Shown piece by piece: positions 26,518 to 39,326 of a DNA stretch of 64,000 bases. Every line of letters starts with the position of its first letter. Positions within the stretch are counted from its first letter, which is position 1. The stretch lies in the NCBI GenBank assembly GCA_016748015.1, contig JAAOMT010000439.1, positions 765,527 to 829,526 of the forward strand. Reading direction: 5' to 3'. The translations under genes were made by a program, and so were the position numbers. This stretch comes from Geosiphon pyriformis uo1. Its lineage: Eukaryota; Fungi; Glomeromycota. The notes beneath the pieces are model-generated. The model worked only from the letters and a program-made list of their open reading frames with translations. It was not told where the DNA came from and did not search any database.

Positions 26518-28595
26518 ATGGGTTTCTTATACATAATCGCCTTAATTGCCGTATTTTACTTTTTTAAAATCAAATTTTCAAAAGCAAAAACCTATCGTGG
26601 AAAGCAGTTGCCTGTACCACCAGGAGGGATTCCGTTTTTTGGTAAAAAATTTAGATTTTTTTTTTCTTTATAGAACTCTAAAATTTTTGATTTTATTAAA
26701 ATTTATTTAGGACATATTTTTTCGCTGGGAAATGATATCCCTAAAAAGTTTGCATCATTTTTTAATTTCATATTTATTATAATTACGTGTAAAAATTAAT
26801 AATTTTATTTTATCTTATACATCAATTTTTTACAGGTTTTCTGAATGGCGTGAAATATGTGGTGATATCTTCATGATTTATCTTGGTCCTATCCGTATTA
26901 TTATCCTCAACAATCCTAAAATTGTTGACCACCTTCTTCTAAAACGTGACTATATTCTTTTTTTTTTTCATTCAAGAGTTTACAACTATTTCGAAATTAA
27001 TTTTTTTATTGATTATAGGAAGTGCGATTTATTCTTCGCGTATAAAAGATTATTTGGCTACTATTGGGAGCCAAAAGAGTTTTGGTTTATCACCTTATAA
27101 TGAATGGTATAAAAAAATGTCGCCTTTAGGTCAGGAAAACGAATTTTTGCTTTTATATTTTTTCAATAATATTTTTTCTGACATCAATTTAATCTTTACC
27201 TTTAAAAGTACACGATTTCTTAAGTCAACGTAAAGTCGAATCTTACTCTGATCTTATAGCAGAATGCACTCATGACCTAGTTTTGAGGATGTCAAAGGAT
27301 CTTAATAAACCAGAAGGAATTGAACCTTCAAATTACCTCCGTTTCACATCATTGAATATTATCATAAATGTCATTTTTGCAATTAAATTTGAAAATTTTA
27401 AAGATCCCCTTTATAAAAAGTTAAAACAATTCTTTAAAACAATTATTGAACTAGGGAAATTTAGAAACCAGATTGCAAATCGTTACCCAATTTTATACTC
27501 ATTTCCTCCCTTCCGAAACGAGATTCCAAAAGCTCTTAAATTACATGAAGAGTGGATGATGATAATGCAAGACCTGTTGAAAAGGGTAGAAAATGATAAG
27601 AAGTCATGCGTTGCTCAAGACTTTTTGAAGAGGCAGAAAGAAGGGTTAATCGATGAAATGGATGTGATCAGTCTGTGTGGAACTTTTTTATTTGCAGGAA
27701 CAGTACGTCTTAAATTACATCTTATATTAACCTAATTGCTTTTGTAAAAAATATTGAACTTTAACAATTATTTTCTATAATAAAAAAAAAATAGGAAACT
27801 GTGGCATCTAATATATATTGGCTTATTGCACAGTTAGCCAACAATCCAGAGTTTCAACAAAAAGCTCATGAAGAATTAGATAGAGTAGTTGGAAATAAAC
27901 GTTTGCCAAATACTTCCGACTTTTATTCCCTTCTATATATCCAATCGCTCATTAAAGAAACTCTTCGTTGGGCTCCTCCAGTTCTGAAATATTCTTTTAA
28001 TATTGCTTAACGTCGTGCTTTTCAAAAATTAATGAATGATACCTCTGTTTTTTCTAGATCCAAGTCGTCTTTAGGTATCTTGAACAAGATGATACATATA
28101 TGGGATATCAAATTCCAAAAAGTACAAGCATTGCTATGAATATTTATGCGTTGAACTCTGACAAGAATCGATACGAAAACCCCAATATTTTCAATCCAGA
28201 TCGATTTATGGATTCAAAAAAACGTTTTGCCATTTCAGCTAAAGGTTCCTATCGAAATCGAGATCATTATACATTTTCAGTTGGAAGACGAATATGTGCC
28301 GGGATTTTCTTAGTAAGTTTGAATGGTTATTTATAGAAAGAACAAAAAAATATCTAATTTTCTTTTTATTGATAAAAACTCTGTGCAGGCTGAACTCGAA
28401 TTACTTTATCTCTCAAGCACGCTACTTTGGGCTTTTAAATTCGAAAATCCTAATCAAGATGCCATGGGAAAATCTATTCCTATTGGTTTAAGCGTCTCTC
28501 GCAGCACTATCTTTCAAAATCCTAATCCTTATAATGTTCGAATTATTCCGAGGCATTCCGAAATTGAGGCTATTTTATTAAATAAACTTGCTTAA
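26518..28595 (+). CDS. Cytochrome P450 monooxygenase, multi-exon, apparently intact
   Basis: N-terminal anchor MGFLYIIALIAVFYFF, PVPPGGIPFFG, AIYSSR, I-helix FAGT|ET, K-helix KETLRW, FNPDRF, heme motif FSVGRRICAG. Confidence 0.93.
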
Positions 28596-29371
28596 GAAGA
28601 CATTTAAAAGCAAATATTTCTCTAGCTAACATTTTTAATAATTTTTCTAAAGAATCAATAAATGCTTAGCAAGTAATGTTTCAAAAAATAAATTTGCACA
28701 GAGTGATATCTTTAGGAATTTTAGCTTATGTTATTTCGAATAATTTATGATCCAACTCCAATTATTATTATTTTATCTATAACAATCTAAAAAATTTAAA
28801 AAATTTAAAAATTGATTTAATTAGATAATTTTAATTACAACACATACAATAATAAAAGGCTTTTCAAAATGGTATGCTAAAAGTAAAAGGTCGCAAAATG
28901 CACTCATGATACCTACATGTATAAAGTGAATTTTTGATTAAAAAAATAATTAAATATATAAATTATTTAGAATATATATTTAAAAATGTTGTATTATTAT
29001 ATTTCTCTTGATAAAACTTTTATCATTATTAACTTTTTTTGCTAAATTTTTTGTTGAATCCATAAAAAAAATTTATATACCGAAAATTAATTTATTTAAA
29101 TATTGTTACTTTTAATTTAAATTTTTTAATTCTTTGTGTATCTTTTATTTTTAACAATATATGTTTTAATTCAATGAACTATTGATTATACTAAATTACA
29201 GTAAATTTTTTTTCAGTATTGTCTTTTATTCTTAAATAATACATATAATTGCTTTTTTAATCAATCAATTAATCAATCAATTAATTAATTAATTAATTAA
29301 TAATTAATTAATAATAGTTGAAAATTCATAATATTTTAAAGAATTTTATTTATTATTTATTAAAGATAGAT

Positions 29372-29780
29372 CTAGCTACATTTATGTTTACAAATGTTAA
29401 AATTTTCATTGATAATTTTTCAGAGAAAGTAGTATTTATTTGAATTTATTTTTATATTAAGTAAAGAAAACTAAAATATAAAATTATATAATTGATTATT
29501 TATACTTTCTTCAAAAAGACTATTGTTTAAATTGTTTGTTTTTTTTAAATAAACTGAAATAAATATTTTTCTTTTTGTTTAAGAAATTTTTATTTGAATT
29601 TTTAATTGTATTTGACATTTAATTTTATGTTTGTTATCAGATTCATTATTATTAAAAATTAAATTTATTAAAATTAAAGAAATATTTATTACATTTTATT
29701 TTATTTAATTAGATCAATTATATCAATTTAGATAAATATGACTTAATAAAGCAAATAAGATTTATTTCATTTAAATATTG

Positions 29781-29852
<72 letters not shown>

Positions 29853-29940
29853 TTTATAAACCAAACTCTTTTAAGAATAATTTTGTGTGTTAAGCTGTGA
29901 CAAAGTTTTTTAAAAAAAACCATTTATTAAATATACTTTA
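29372..29940 (+). repeat. Dispersed repeat blocks paralogous to ~35973-36180, with expanded (AAT)n at 29781-29850
   Basis: tagctacatt.atgtttacaa, tagatcaattatatcaattta, agcaaataagatttattt, tgttaagctg..acaa.gtttt shared. Confidence 0.7.
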
Positions 29941-31164
29941 TAAAATTGCTTATGCCAATTTGTATTTTTAATCAAGTTAAATTAATTTGACTTATATAAT
30001 AAAATTAAAATAACAAAAAACAAATCAAAAAATTTTTAAAAAAGATAATAATATCATTTATATTATTAATTATAACAATTAAAAAGATAATATCAAATTA
30101 TCTTTAATATATATTTATCATATGGTGCCTGCTCTATGGTTAAGTTTATTTAATCAATGTGGAAGACTGGAAATATATTCTCATTTATCATCTTTGGTCA
30201 TGTGTTAAAATTGCATGATCTATAACTATAGTTACCTTTACTGTACCTAGCATAAATAATAAAAGGACCTCACTTTGTCAAAACAAAAAAAATTATATGG
30301 TATAATTTTTTTTATAATTTTTAATTTTGATAAAATACAGCTAATTGCATGAAATTCTACTTGAAATAAATAAATTTAATTTTTATAAAGAGAAATTAAT
30401 ATTTAATAATGTGATATTATTTATAATAATAATCAAAATTTTTATCAGATCAGAATCATTAAACCGTTGTACATGTACTATTTATTAAAGAATTTGTGGA
30501 TGATTTGGGAAGGAAACTAATTTTATGCAAATTCATTGAGGAAAATGTTATCTCAAAGTGATATTTTCCAAATATCCAAACCAAAGATTTCTTAGATTTT
30601 TATATTACCAATAAAAAAGGCATTCTGGAAGTTCTTATTCAAAGCATCAATGATTGATTAATTTTAGTTAGCAATATTTTATCAAATGCGATTGGCTAGT
30701 TATTGTAGCTCTTTTGAATACATATTTATTAATAATAATAGCAATATTAAACGTGATGATAAAACTTATAATTCAAATACATGATAGATAATTGTTGAAC
30801 CTGGTGTAATGTTTCAATATCATAGAATGCTAAAATAGTATGTCAAATGTGATTAAACTTATTAATGCGTGAATGATCATCATACCCTAAAATGCTGGAA
30901 AGACCCAGAAACTTGAATCACTAATTTGGTCTTTGAAAATGTGTTTGCCCATTTCAACGTTGAGAAGGAAACGCTTTACAGTTAATAATTTTCGCATTCA
31001 AAATATAGATAAACTTCTTTTAAAATAGATAATGAAAATGAAGCTATATATGATAGTATATTTTAAATATAAATAAAGAACCGATCCCTTCTTCCAATTC
31101 TTTTTCAAGTTTAATATCATTGCTAAAGTGCGTACATACCATGCATTACTCTATCATTGCTAAT

Positions 31165-34100
31165 TTAATCAATACCTAAATCTAAATCGAACTCTAAAAA
31201 AAGGTGGTGGTTAAATCAAGAAAGTTTGCCAACTATTAAATATAATAAATTAAAGACCTACCCCTTGTAGAAAATTCAGGTTTTGAGATTAATCGGCTTC
31301 TATATCTTGCCGTATCTCGTATAGTATCTTGTGTCTCTTCAGATTCAAGGCTTTTTTCACGGATAGGTTGATTTAGGTCACAATTCTCGCGAGCAGCAAT
31401 AACGGTTCGTTGAAGTTCTTCTGCACTATCACGACAAGACGGATCATATTGCCAATTTTTTTTAATCATTTCCTGAATACATTGAGGCGTATGCTTTTTG
31501 ATTATAGGGCGCTGTCCGTCAATCACATCAAATCGCACGTGAATAGGATCTGTATTATTAAGAGGTCTTTCTCCCGAAATAATTTCACAGGAAATGATGG
31601 CAAAGCTGTATATATCACTGCACTTAGTGTGAGAACCCCCCTTGCAGATCTCGGGTGCGAGATACTCAAGAACACCATAAATATTACTAGACCGTGGAGA
31701 GTAATCGGCAGGACGACAAAATCCGAGATCAGAAATGACAACTTTTAAGGGATTTTTTTTCAAAATAAGGATATTTCCAGGATGTAGGTCTCCATGCACT
31801 AGCCCTGATTCATGTATGAATCTTAGGCCACCAGTGATTTGAAAAAGAATATNNNNNNNNNNNNNNNNNNNNNNNNNNNNNNNNNNNNNNNNNNNNNNNN
31901 NNNNNNNNNNNNNNNNNNNNNNNNNNNNNNNNNNNNNNNNNNNNNNNNNNNNNNNNNNNNNNNNNNNNNNNNNNNNNNNNNNNNNNNNNNNNNNNNNNNN
32001 NNNNNNNNNNNNNNNNNNNNNNNNNNNNNNNNNNNNNNNAAATCCATTCCAGGCAGCTTCTACTGCTCTCAGAAATTGACTGTGAATGGTATATATAACT
32101 ATCAATATTATTATTTTCGCTATTCCATGTTCCCCGAAGGTTTGAAAATCGTGAAGATTCACAAGATCTACACCAAAGTGGATCTTTTAATCTGCGATAG
32201 CATTCTGGACATTTTGGCAAACCAGCTTCAAATACATTATTATCATTGTTTTCGCTTTTATCAGTATCACAAAATGCACATATAGGATATCCACTAATGA
32301 TTGTATACAAGTTACCACATTTGAAACACTTAAATTCATCTGAAAGCTGCTCAAAGAAAGCTTCAAAATCTAAGAGCTCTCCTTTAGAATTATCCGGACA
32401 TTTTAATCCTCGACTTTGAAATTGCAAAATGAAACGTTCTAAATTATTTTGATCCTGTAAAGTGAAGTCAAGGGCATTCAACTCAAGAAAATCACTTTGA
32501 TAACCTAAGTTATTGATCTCTGCTGCTTTCGAATAGATTTTAAATGCTTTTTCTAAGTTTTTTGTGGTTCCCCATCCATTTTGATAGCACCATCCAAGGT
32601 TATATTGTGCATTTTGATTTCCTGCTTCAGCTGCTTTTAAATAGAATTCAAATGCTCCTTCTTGGTTTCTCGCTGTTCCCCATCCATTTCGATAATAAAT
32701 TTCAAGATTGTTATGTGGACTTGGATTTCCCACGTTTTCGAAATTCTGCTTTGTTCCCGATCCACTATAATACTCAAGTCCAAGCTTGTATTGTGCAATT
32801 AAACTTCCCGCCTCTGCTGCTTTTGAATAGAGTTCAAATGCTTTTTCCTCATTTTTTGTTGTTCCCCATCCCTTTGAATAACAAAGTGCAAGATTAAATT
32901 GAGCATTTGTATTTCCTACCTCTGCTGCTTTTGAATAGAGTTCAAATGCTTTTCCATTATTTCTCGTTGTTCCCCATCCATTTTGGTAACAAACTCCAAG
33001 ATTAAATTGAGCACTTGTATCTCCCGCCTTTGCTGCTTTTGAATAGAATTCAAATGCCTTTTCCTCATTTTTCATTGTTCCCCATCCATTTCGATAACAA
33101 AATCCAAGGTTATATTGTGCATTCGTATGTCCCGCCTCTGCTGCTTTTGAATAGAATTCAAATGCTTTTTCCTTATTTTTCGTCGTCCCCCATCCATTTC
33201 GATAGCAAAATCCAAGAGCGTATTGTGCATTTGTATGTCCCACCTCTGCTGCTTTTGAATAGAGTTCGAATGCTTTTTCTTCATTCTTCCTTGTTCCTAA
33301 TCCATTTAAATAACAATCTCCAAGTTTAAATTGTGCATTTGTATGTCCCACCTCTGCTGCTTTTGAATAGAGTTCGACTGCTTTTTCATCATTTTTCGTT
33401 GTTCCCCATCCATTTCTATAACAAAATCCAAGAGCGTATTGTGCATTTGCATGTCCCACCTCTGCTGCTCTTGAATAGAGTTCGAATGCTTTTTCTTCAT
33501 TCTTTGTTGTTCCTAATCCATTTAAATAACAATCTCCAAGTTTAAATTGTGCATTTGTATGTCCCACCTCTGCTGCTTTTGAATAAAGTTCAAATGCTTT
33601 TTCATCATTTTTCGTTGTTCCCCATCCATTTCTATAACAAACCCCAAGAACGTATTGTGCATTCGTATCTCCCTCCTCTGCCGCTTTTGAATAGAGTTCA
33701 AATGCTCTTTCATCATTTTTCATTGTTCCACATCCATTTCCATAACAAAGTGCAAGATTAAATTTTGCTTTTGTATCTCCCGCCTCTGCTGCTTTTGAAT
33801 AGAGTTCAAATGCTCTTTCATCATTTCTCGTTGTCCCCCTTCCATTTTCATAACACCATCCAAGATTCAATTGTGCAATTGTATTACTCGCTTCTGCTGC
33901 TTTTGAATAATTTTCAAAAGCTTTTTCTTCATTCTTCGTTGTTCCTAATCCATTTAAATAACAATCTCCAAGATTCAATTGGGCACTTGTATGTCCTGCC
34001 TTTGCTGCTTTTGAATAAAGTTCAAATGCTTTTCCATTATTTCTCGTTGTTCCCCATCCATTTTGGTAACAAACTCCAAGATTAAATTGTGCATTTGTAT

Positions 34101-34974
34101 CTCCCGCCTCTGCTGCTTTTGAATAGAGTTCAAATGCTCTTTCATCATTTCTCGTTGTCCCCCTTCCATTTTCATAACACCATCCAAGATTCAATTGTGC
34201 AATTGTATTACTCGCTTCTGCTGCTTTTGAATAATTTTCAAAAGCTTTTTCTTCATTCTTCATTGTTCCTAATCCATTTAAATAACAATCTCCAAGATTC
34301 AATTGGGCACTTGTATGTCCTGCCTTTGCTGCTTTTGAATAAAGTTCAAATGCTTTTTCATCATTTCTCGTTGTTCCCCATCCACTTTGGAAACAAACGC
34401 CAAGATTAAATTGTGCATTTTTATGTCCCGCCTCTGCTGCTTTTGAATAGAATTCAAATGCTTTTCCATTATTTCTCGTTGTTCCCCATCCATTTTGGTA
34501 ACAAACTCCAAGATTAAATTGTGCATTTGTATCTCCCGCCTCTGCTGCTTTTGAATAGAGTTTAAATGCTTTTCCTCGATCTTGTGAAGTACCAATTCCA
34601 TTATTATAACAATCACCTAAAAAAAATTGTCCAAAAGAATCTTTTGCTTTCGCTGCTTTCTGGAACTCTGAAAATGCTTTTGTCAAATTAGGAATAGTTC
34701 CAATCCCATATTCCAAAGAAAAACCGAGCAAAATATAGTCTATTGAACGCTTTGGACTTTTATTATTCAAGCAATTAAATAAATCTTCAGGCGTTTTCTG
34801 ATTACGTTCAAGATAATTTTTCACCAAGTCAGCAACTTTTGAATATTCACTAGCTGGAAAAATGTCCAAACTTTCTTTGATGATAATAAATGCTCCTTCA
34901 AGCCATTCAAGAGCTGCTGTTTCATTTTGTTTTGATGAATTTGAAGAAATGGTTTCCCAGCAACACAAATGCAT
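31165..34974 (-). CDS. Sel1-repeat (about 20 repeats) + Cys-rich linker + TKL-type protein kinase (Sel1 N-terminal, kinase C-terminal); spans N-gap
   Basis: 36-aa repeats AQFNLG.CY.NG.GT.KN..KAFELYSKAAE.G; CPEC..WC..C..W.S.N..ID..LEWI pre-kinase motif; HGDLHPGNIL, DLG, YLAPE, SDIYSF; last intron ~31194-31261 gives terminal exon EFDLDLGID*. Confidence 0.9.
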
Positions 34975-35525
34975 TATAAAACTTCAATATTTTGGATGAG
35001 TAAAGAAGAAGTTTATTTTATTACTATATAACGATTTCAGCGAAATAATTTTATTATATCATATTCCTAAAAAAGTTCTGAAAATAGACTCTTACTTCAT
35101 CCCTTATTTACAACGTTTAAACAATTAGAGACTCAAAGGAATGCAAAAGGCTAAAAATGCTTGTCATTGTCTTATTGGCATTTTTAACTTAATTGAAAAT
35201 CTAACAGTTTAGCTCATTGGTAAATTTCTTTTATGATATTTTTTCGTCTCACAATCTAATTGCATAATCTAACTCTAAGGTTGCAGATTTCAGCGAGTCG
35301 ATAAATCCATTATTATTTAAAAACTGCTTTGTTGTCTATTTTGAGGGCTTTTACGTCAATTTACAGTTGAGTATTCATGCTCATGCGCGCATATCTACCA
35401 ATCAACATATTGATAAAAAAAACCCCCCAAAGATTTTGAAACATCGAACTCTATGAAGTTTAAAAAATACCTGTATAATTAAATTTCAATTTTATATATT
35501 TCATTATTTAATATATCAATTTATA

Positions 35526-37130
35526 CAGATAGTGTTTTTAATAGATTAACCTGTAGCAAATCTGGAATGAAAAACAGACTAATTTACGAATGATTTAATT
35601 GGTTATTTTTAGTATATGTGGTAGTTAAAAATGTAAAAAGCTTATAGTTTGTTTAATATAGCAGCTTATTTAGATTTTAATAAAATGTAAATCGAAATGA
35701 AAAAATTATGCTTAATAATATTATGTATGAAATACATTAAAAAAATACTTTTATCATACTGTATTTGAGAAAACCGAACAAAATTATAAAAATTGTATAC
35801 TAGAAGATCTAATGTATATTAAAATTTCTGAATATTTTAAAAAATTTATAGTGAATAGACAGGAATTAGTAAAGTAGACGGTAAATTATTTATTATTTTG
35901 AAATTCTTTTTTAATATTTCAACAGTTTTTTTTTACTAAAAAAATTTTAATTATTATTAATTAAACCAAATTATAGCTACATTATGTTTACAATTGTTGA
36001 AACTTCTTTTTTCTTAGATCAATTATATCAATTTAAACAAATATTACTTAGTAAGCAAATAAGATTTATTTTTTTTTAAATATTGAAAGGAATAATAACT
36101 TTTATAAATTAAAGTCTTTGGAAAATAATTTCATATGTTAAGCTGGAACAAGTTTTGAAAAGACTATTTATTAAATATTTATTAAATTGATTTATAAATA
36201 TTTTTTATAAAAGCGACCATTTCAATTTATATGCTTTAATTTAAACCTTTTTCAATAACTTTAAACTATAATATTTTTAGCTGAAGAACATTTAAATATT
36301 TTAAACTTTAATTCAAAAAGAAAATTTGAAAACAAGTTGCAACATTTCAATAATTTTAAATTTCTAAAAACTAACTTTAGTCTAAATAAATTTAGGGTTC
36401 TAAAACTATTGCATTAGTTTTGACAATAAAAATTTATATTGATTTGGAATTTAGAAAAAAAAATTGATTAATATAATGGTTGAAAAGTTGTACAGCTTAA
36501 ATGATAAAAAATATATTTTTAGTTACTGATCAAAAAGATAAAGTGAACAATTTAGCATTAAAAATATTAACTAATGAAAATATTAGTGCACTGAATACTT
36601 TTCTTATCTATATATTTCCATTATTCACAGTTTTTTAACAAAATCCAGAATAAACTATTATTTTTAGAAAGTGTCAAGTTCATCGATCCGATTAATATCT
36701 TTATGAAAGGAAAAAAGAATCTAAAAAATATAATTTAAGAAAAAAGCAGATTTCAAATTCTTCTTTGGTATTCTTAGAGATCACAAAATAATATAAATTA
36801 AAACTCCATAATGTTTGAACTAATCATACCCTTTGAGGGGTGTGAAAATTGAATAGAAAAGCTATTCATTTTTTATATCATCTTGTAAAGTATAAAAACT
36901 TGTAATGCTCCTTTCACCAGATAGAAAGAATAATTAAAGTGGTAAGGCTTATTAATCAAGATATCCTTAAAAACGGATTTATTTTTTATTCGATATTTAT
37001 TAAAGTTTAAACAATTATTCTTATACATATTCATCTATTATATCTACTATTATTATTACAATTATTTAGCTTTATAGTGCTTTCTGAGACAAATAATAAA
37101 AATTTTGAAACTTCAAAAAACCCAACCTAA
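35526..37130 (+). repeat. Intergenic mosaic of three segments duplicated elsewhere in the window
   Basis: 35526-35985 matches 12888-13375; 35973-36180 matches 29372-29940; 36651-37130 matches 23547-24110. Confidence 0.8.
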
Positions 37131-37344
37131 TAAATCTAATCAAGTCTAAACAATTATTCAAAGTATTGCTCTTAAACTAAATTGATTTAGTAATATCAAA
37201 AATTATCCATCAATTTACATTTATGAATTTTATTGAGAAATTTAAATAAATAAAATAAGTAAATAATTTTTTTTGAAAAATTAGAAATGAAAAACACAAT
37301 TAAAACTGCTCATTATCAATCCAAATTAAAAAAAAAATACAATA

Positions 37345-37830
37345 TTTTTAATGTAACTTATCATAAGACTACTCTAATTATCTGAGATTTCATTTTTAAA
37401 CAATGAAAAAGAATATATTTGAAAAGAATTTAGTGGTCCTACATACTGAAACCACTTGTGGTTTTATTATTATTACTGTCTGCCAGATATCTTTTATTAA
37501 ATGAAGATGTTCCCAAACCTTATTTCATAGTAATATTTGTGATACCATTGTTAAATTGTGTTTAGTAACAGTTGAAATGCTGTCTTATTAGAAAATAAGT
37601 TTTATCGAATTGACATTAAGATGAGATTTGACTCATTCAATACGTTTTCGTTTTGAACTTTTGCAAATTGTGTTATATGAAATATCTACTCACCACCACC
37701 TCTGTATCTAGTTTAGTGAGAAGTTTTTGGAGAGGCAAGAATTTTTTATTAACATATTGACCTAAATGTGCCGTAATCTTTTTGCGATGACCGTTACCCC
37801 TTTGTACTCAGTTTTTCCTGTTTTTTCCGA
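37345..37830 (-). pseudogene. Very decayed protein kinase relic
   Basis: Colinear remnants on minus strand: GKTEYKGVTVIAKRL, SHLNV, FGNIFI..KIS, FQYVGP, SD..VVL**VT. Confidence 0.4.
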
Positions 37831-38042
37831 ATTTTTAATATTTTATTGCATAATTGACACAGAATTCCCAAGTAATTCTGTAGTAACTTTTTCGCCTGTT
37901 GATCATCAAGTTTTTTTTTGTCACATACTTTATTTTAAACAATTGATTATAGATACATTAATTAAAGGTATTTGAATAGGTTAAGTTTGAAAATATTTTT
38001 TAGACTTGGTCAAATATTTTTTTATTATTTGCGTTGATTAGC

Positions 38043-38084
<42 letters not shown>
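38043..38084. repeat. (AAT)n microsatellite
   Basis: Direct reading. Confidence 0.9.
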
Positions 38085-38085
<1 letters not shown>

Positions 38086-38372
38086 TAGTTTTTAAATCTA
38101 AATAAACAACAAAAAATAAAACAAAGAACATTCAGTTATCAGAATGAACACAAAAAACCGCAGCAAAATAATATAAAGCTGTTATTTTATTTTTTTTAAA
38201 AATTTATTGATAAAACAAAGAAATTTGAAATGGATCATTATCTTTTTCTCTCGAATTCTCACGTTAAAAATAATACTATAAACTTTAAATTATAATATTA
38301 TACTGTTTATTATTTATGGTTACTGATAAATGTAAATGCAAAAATAACTCAATTATAAAGTAAAAAAATAAT

Positions 38373-38540
38373 ATGGAAAAAGGAAATTTAAGCTTACAAT
38401 ATAATCTACAATTTGTATAAAAAAAAAAATTAGGAGACCAAAGCAGCAGAAGATATAGTAACTAAAGATTTCTCAAAATAAATTAAATTCTATAATATCA
38501 AGTAGCGAAAGAAGACGATTCGGATACGCTACAAAACTTA
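38373..38540 (+). pseudogene. Decayed Sel1-repeat fragment
   Basis: gaaaaaggaaattta..caatataatct, accaaagcagcagaa, gatatagtaactaaagat resemble repeat units of the 40377 ORF. Confidence 0.55.
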
Positions 38541-39326
38541 TAAACCATTTTGTTGAGCTAAACTTTATTTATAAAAAGAATTAATATTCTTTAGTGTGTT
38601 GATTTGTTTACTTTTATAATAAACTAGATCTTATTCTAAACTTAATTAATCATTTACTGAAATTCATGTCAATTAAAAATCAATAAAAGTCAGTTATTTT
38701 TATTTGTTCATTGACACCAAATTTTGATAATGATATAAAAATTTTCAGGAATACTAATCAAAGTGTAATCTAATATAAAAAATTATGAAGCTAAATATAA
38801 AAAATAAATTGCTTTATTTTATTTTTAAAGAAATTTGGTATTGCAAATATCATTACATCCTCAAAAATTGTATCAAAATTTAAAAGGCTGTTCGATCAAA
38901 AGAAAATTATAACATATTTCAGAGAAATGTCGGCTATTGTATTCGGATTTTTATTTTAGCAAAAACTTAAACTAAAATGCTTAAAGTTTATTTTGAAAAC
39001 AAAAGTAATGTAATCAGTTATCTTTGATGATTATTATTAATATTTGCTTTTAAAAAAGAAAAATATTTTAGATAAATTCTATATTTTATAGCTGCAACTA
39101 TATACAATATAAAGGTTATGATGATGTGCCCGAATTACAAATTTCCCCCAATTGATCATTGGGATACGTAGTTTCGTGCCTCAAATCAAAATAACACCAC
39201 ATATCAAGTTAAGTTTGCATCATCGGATCTCTTCATTAAAACACCGGGACTGTATAAAGTCACTTTTCAAACTTTGATATTTGCAAATACTCCACTTAAC
39301 CATCTAAAATTTTTTCATTACAAACC

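Noticed and set aside
31810-32162. Apparent frameshift between Sel1 ORF and kinase ORF
   Set aside because: Caused by the arbitrary length of the N-gap, which is shorter than the missing kinase N-lobe
32544-34616. Many short repetitive ORFs (MHLYVPPLLLLNR..., MKKKHSNSIQKQQR...) and 108-bp periodicity resembling a CRISPR-like or peptide array
   Set aside because: They are antisense or alternative-frame shadows of the Sel1 coding repeats; there is no repeat-spacer structure
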